DNA from: Rhodobacteraceae bacterium UBA6197
GTDB lineage: Bacteria; Pseudomonadota; Alphaproteobacteria; Rhodobacterales; Rhodobacteraceae
Reading direction: 5' to 3'
DNA length: 64,000 nucleotides
Assembly (NCBI GenBank): GCA_002422085.1
Contig: DISZ01000006.1
Span: 28,212-92,211 of the forward strand
Shown: positions 63,478 through 64,000 of the stretch, in pieces
Layout of the letters: the number at the start of each line of letters is the position of its first letter
Numbering within the stretch: position 1 is the first letter of the stretch
Position numbers and translations under genes: made by a program
Notes under the pieces: generated by a model
Seen by the model: only the letters and a program-made list of their open reading frames with translations
Database searches by the model: none
Told to the model about the DNA's origin: nothing

Positions 63478-64000
63478 ATGACGGCGGTAACCGCCTTCAA
63501 CGAGGGTTTCGAGATGGTGGAAAAAGCGGGACAGGGCATGCCTTTGGTGAAGGCGCTCTTCAGGCGCGAAATGGTGGTCTTTGTGCCAGCCATCGGCCTT
63601 GCGGGGCTGTGGTTCGGCCTCGAGGCGATGACACTGCTCGCCACGACGGCGCTGGCCGTTGCCTGGATGACGCGCCCCGTTCTTGCGACCCAAGGGGCCG
63701 ATGATGCAGGGCAGGACGGAGTCACCGGGCTTTGCCTGCGCGGCGCGGCAGTCACGGCGTTGCAGCACGCCTTTTCCAGTTCCAGGACCTCGGGGCGGGG
63801 CACGGCGGCGCTGGTTTTGGGCATTGACCAGGCCGACCTGCTGGAAACCCACTACAACAGCTCGGAAATCAACGAAATCATGCGCCGCATCGCAGACCGG
63901 ATTCGCGGCGCCCTGCGCGATGCCGACACAATTGCGCGACTTGATGGCGCACGCTTTGCGGTCATTTTAAAACCCACGTTGCGGCCCGATCTGGAAAGCA
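63478..64000 (+). CDS. GGDEF-domain diguanylate cyclase, 3' end outside the window
   Basis: Not in the track because no stop lies in the window. Hand translation gives MTAVTAFNEGFEMVEKAGQ.. with 2 TM helices, then ..DGVTGLCLRGAAVTALQ..ALVLGIDQADLLETHY..IARLDGARFAVIL, which is typical of the first half of a GGDEF domain. Confidence 0.75.
   Translation, partial: MTAVTAFNEGFEMVEKAGQGMPLVKALFRREMVVFVPAIGLAGLWFGLEAMTLLATTALAVAWMTRPVLATQGADDAGQDGVTGLCLRGAAVTALQHAFSSSRTSGRGTAALVLGIDQADLLETHYNSSEINEIMRRIADRIRGALRDADTIARLDGARFAVILKPTLRPDLES

Overview
High-GC alphaproteobacterial chromosome segment. The gene content looks Rhodobacterales-like: ccr/ecm of the ethylmalonyl-CoA pathway, mipZ, a TIGR02186/TauE pair, and CtrA- and FnrL-type sites. 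All family assignments come from reading the translations and from memory; no searches were run.

The window is mostly core housekeeping genes:
- hrpB (partial), meaB, rpmB, lepA, ycjX-ycjF and truA.
- A 4-gene polysaccharide mini-locus.
- nifU-tsaB-rimI.
- A BMP-type nucleoside ABC importer plus purine-nucleoside phosphorylase.
- ccr and ecm, divergently arranged.
- A TetR-controlled DevBCA/MacAB-like exporter.
- A long same-strand run: ffh, chorismate mutase, rpsP, rimM, an extra gene, trmD, rplS, rpmE, mipZ.
- The O2-independent ubiquinone genes ubiT-ubiU-ubiV, divergent from ubiD-ubiX.
- tRNA-Arg(ACG), a sensor kinase, rpmH-rnpA-yidD-ttcA, and a partial GGDEF gene.

I recognised no phage, integrase, transposase, cas or known defence genes, and I cannot point to a clear novel multi-gene system.

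Structure that ordinary annotation does not explain:
1. A family of about 87-bp near-perfect hairpin repeats (35-nt arms, 17-nt loops) with compensatory arm changes. There are three full copies, one half copy and one distant relative.
2. A 22-bp tandem array (6.4 units) that starts inside the last codons of the wza-like gene.
3. A roughly 500-bp non-coding tract after the GYD gene, holding degenerate GAGCGCAGG repeats, an 11-bp GC hairpin and a strongly C-skewed duplicated segment.
4. An uncharacterised P-loop-like gene joined by ATGA overlaps between rimM and trmD.
5. A near-consensus FNR box between ubiTUV and ubiDX, and a CtrA-type box upstream of a lipoprotein gene.
6. Frame-broken gene remnants beside the tRNA gene.

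Many long ORFs in the supplied track are antisense or off-frame shadows typical of high-GC DNA, and I rejected them.
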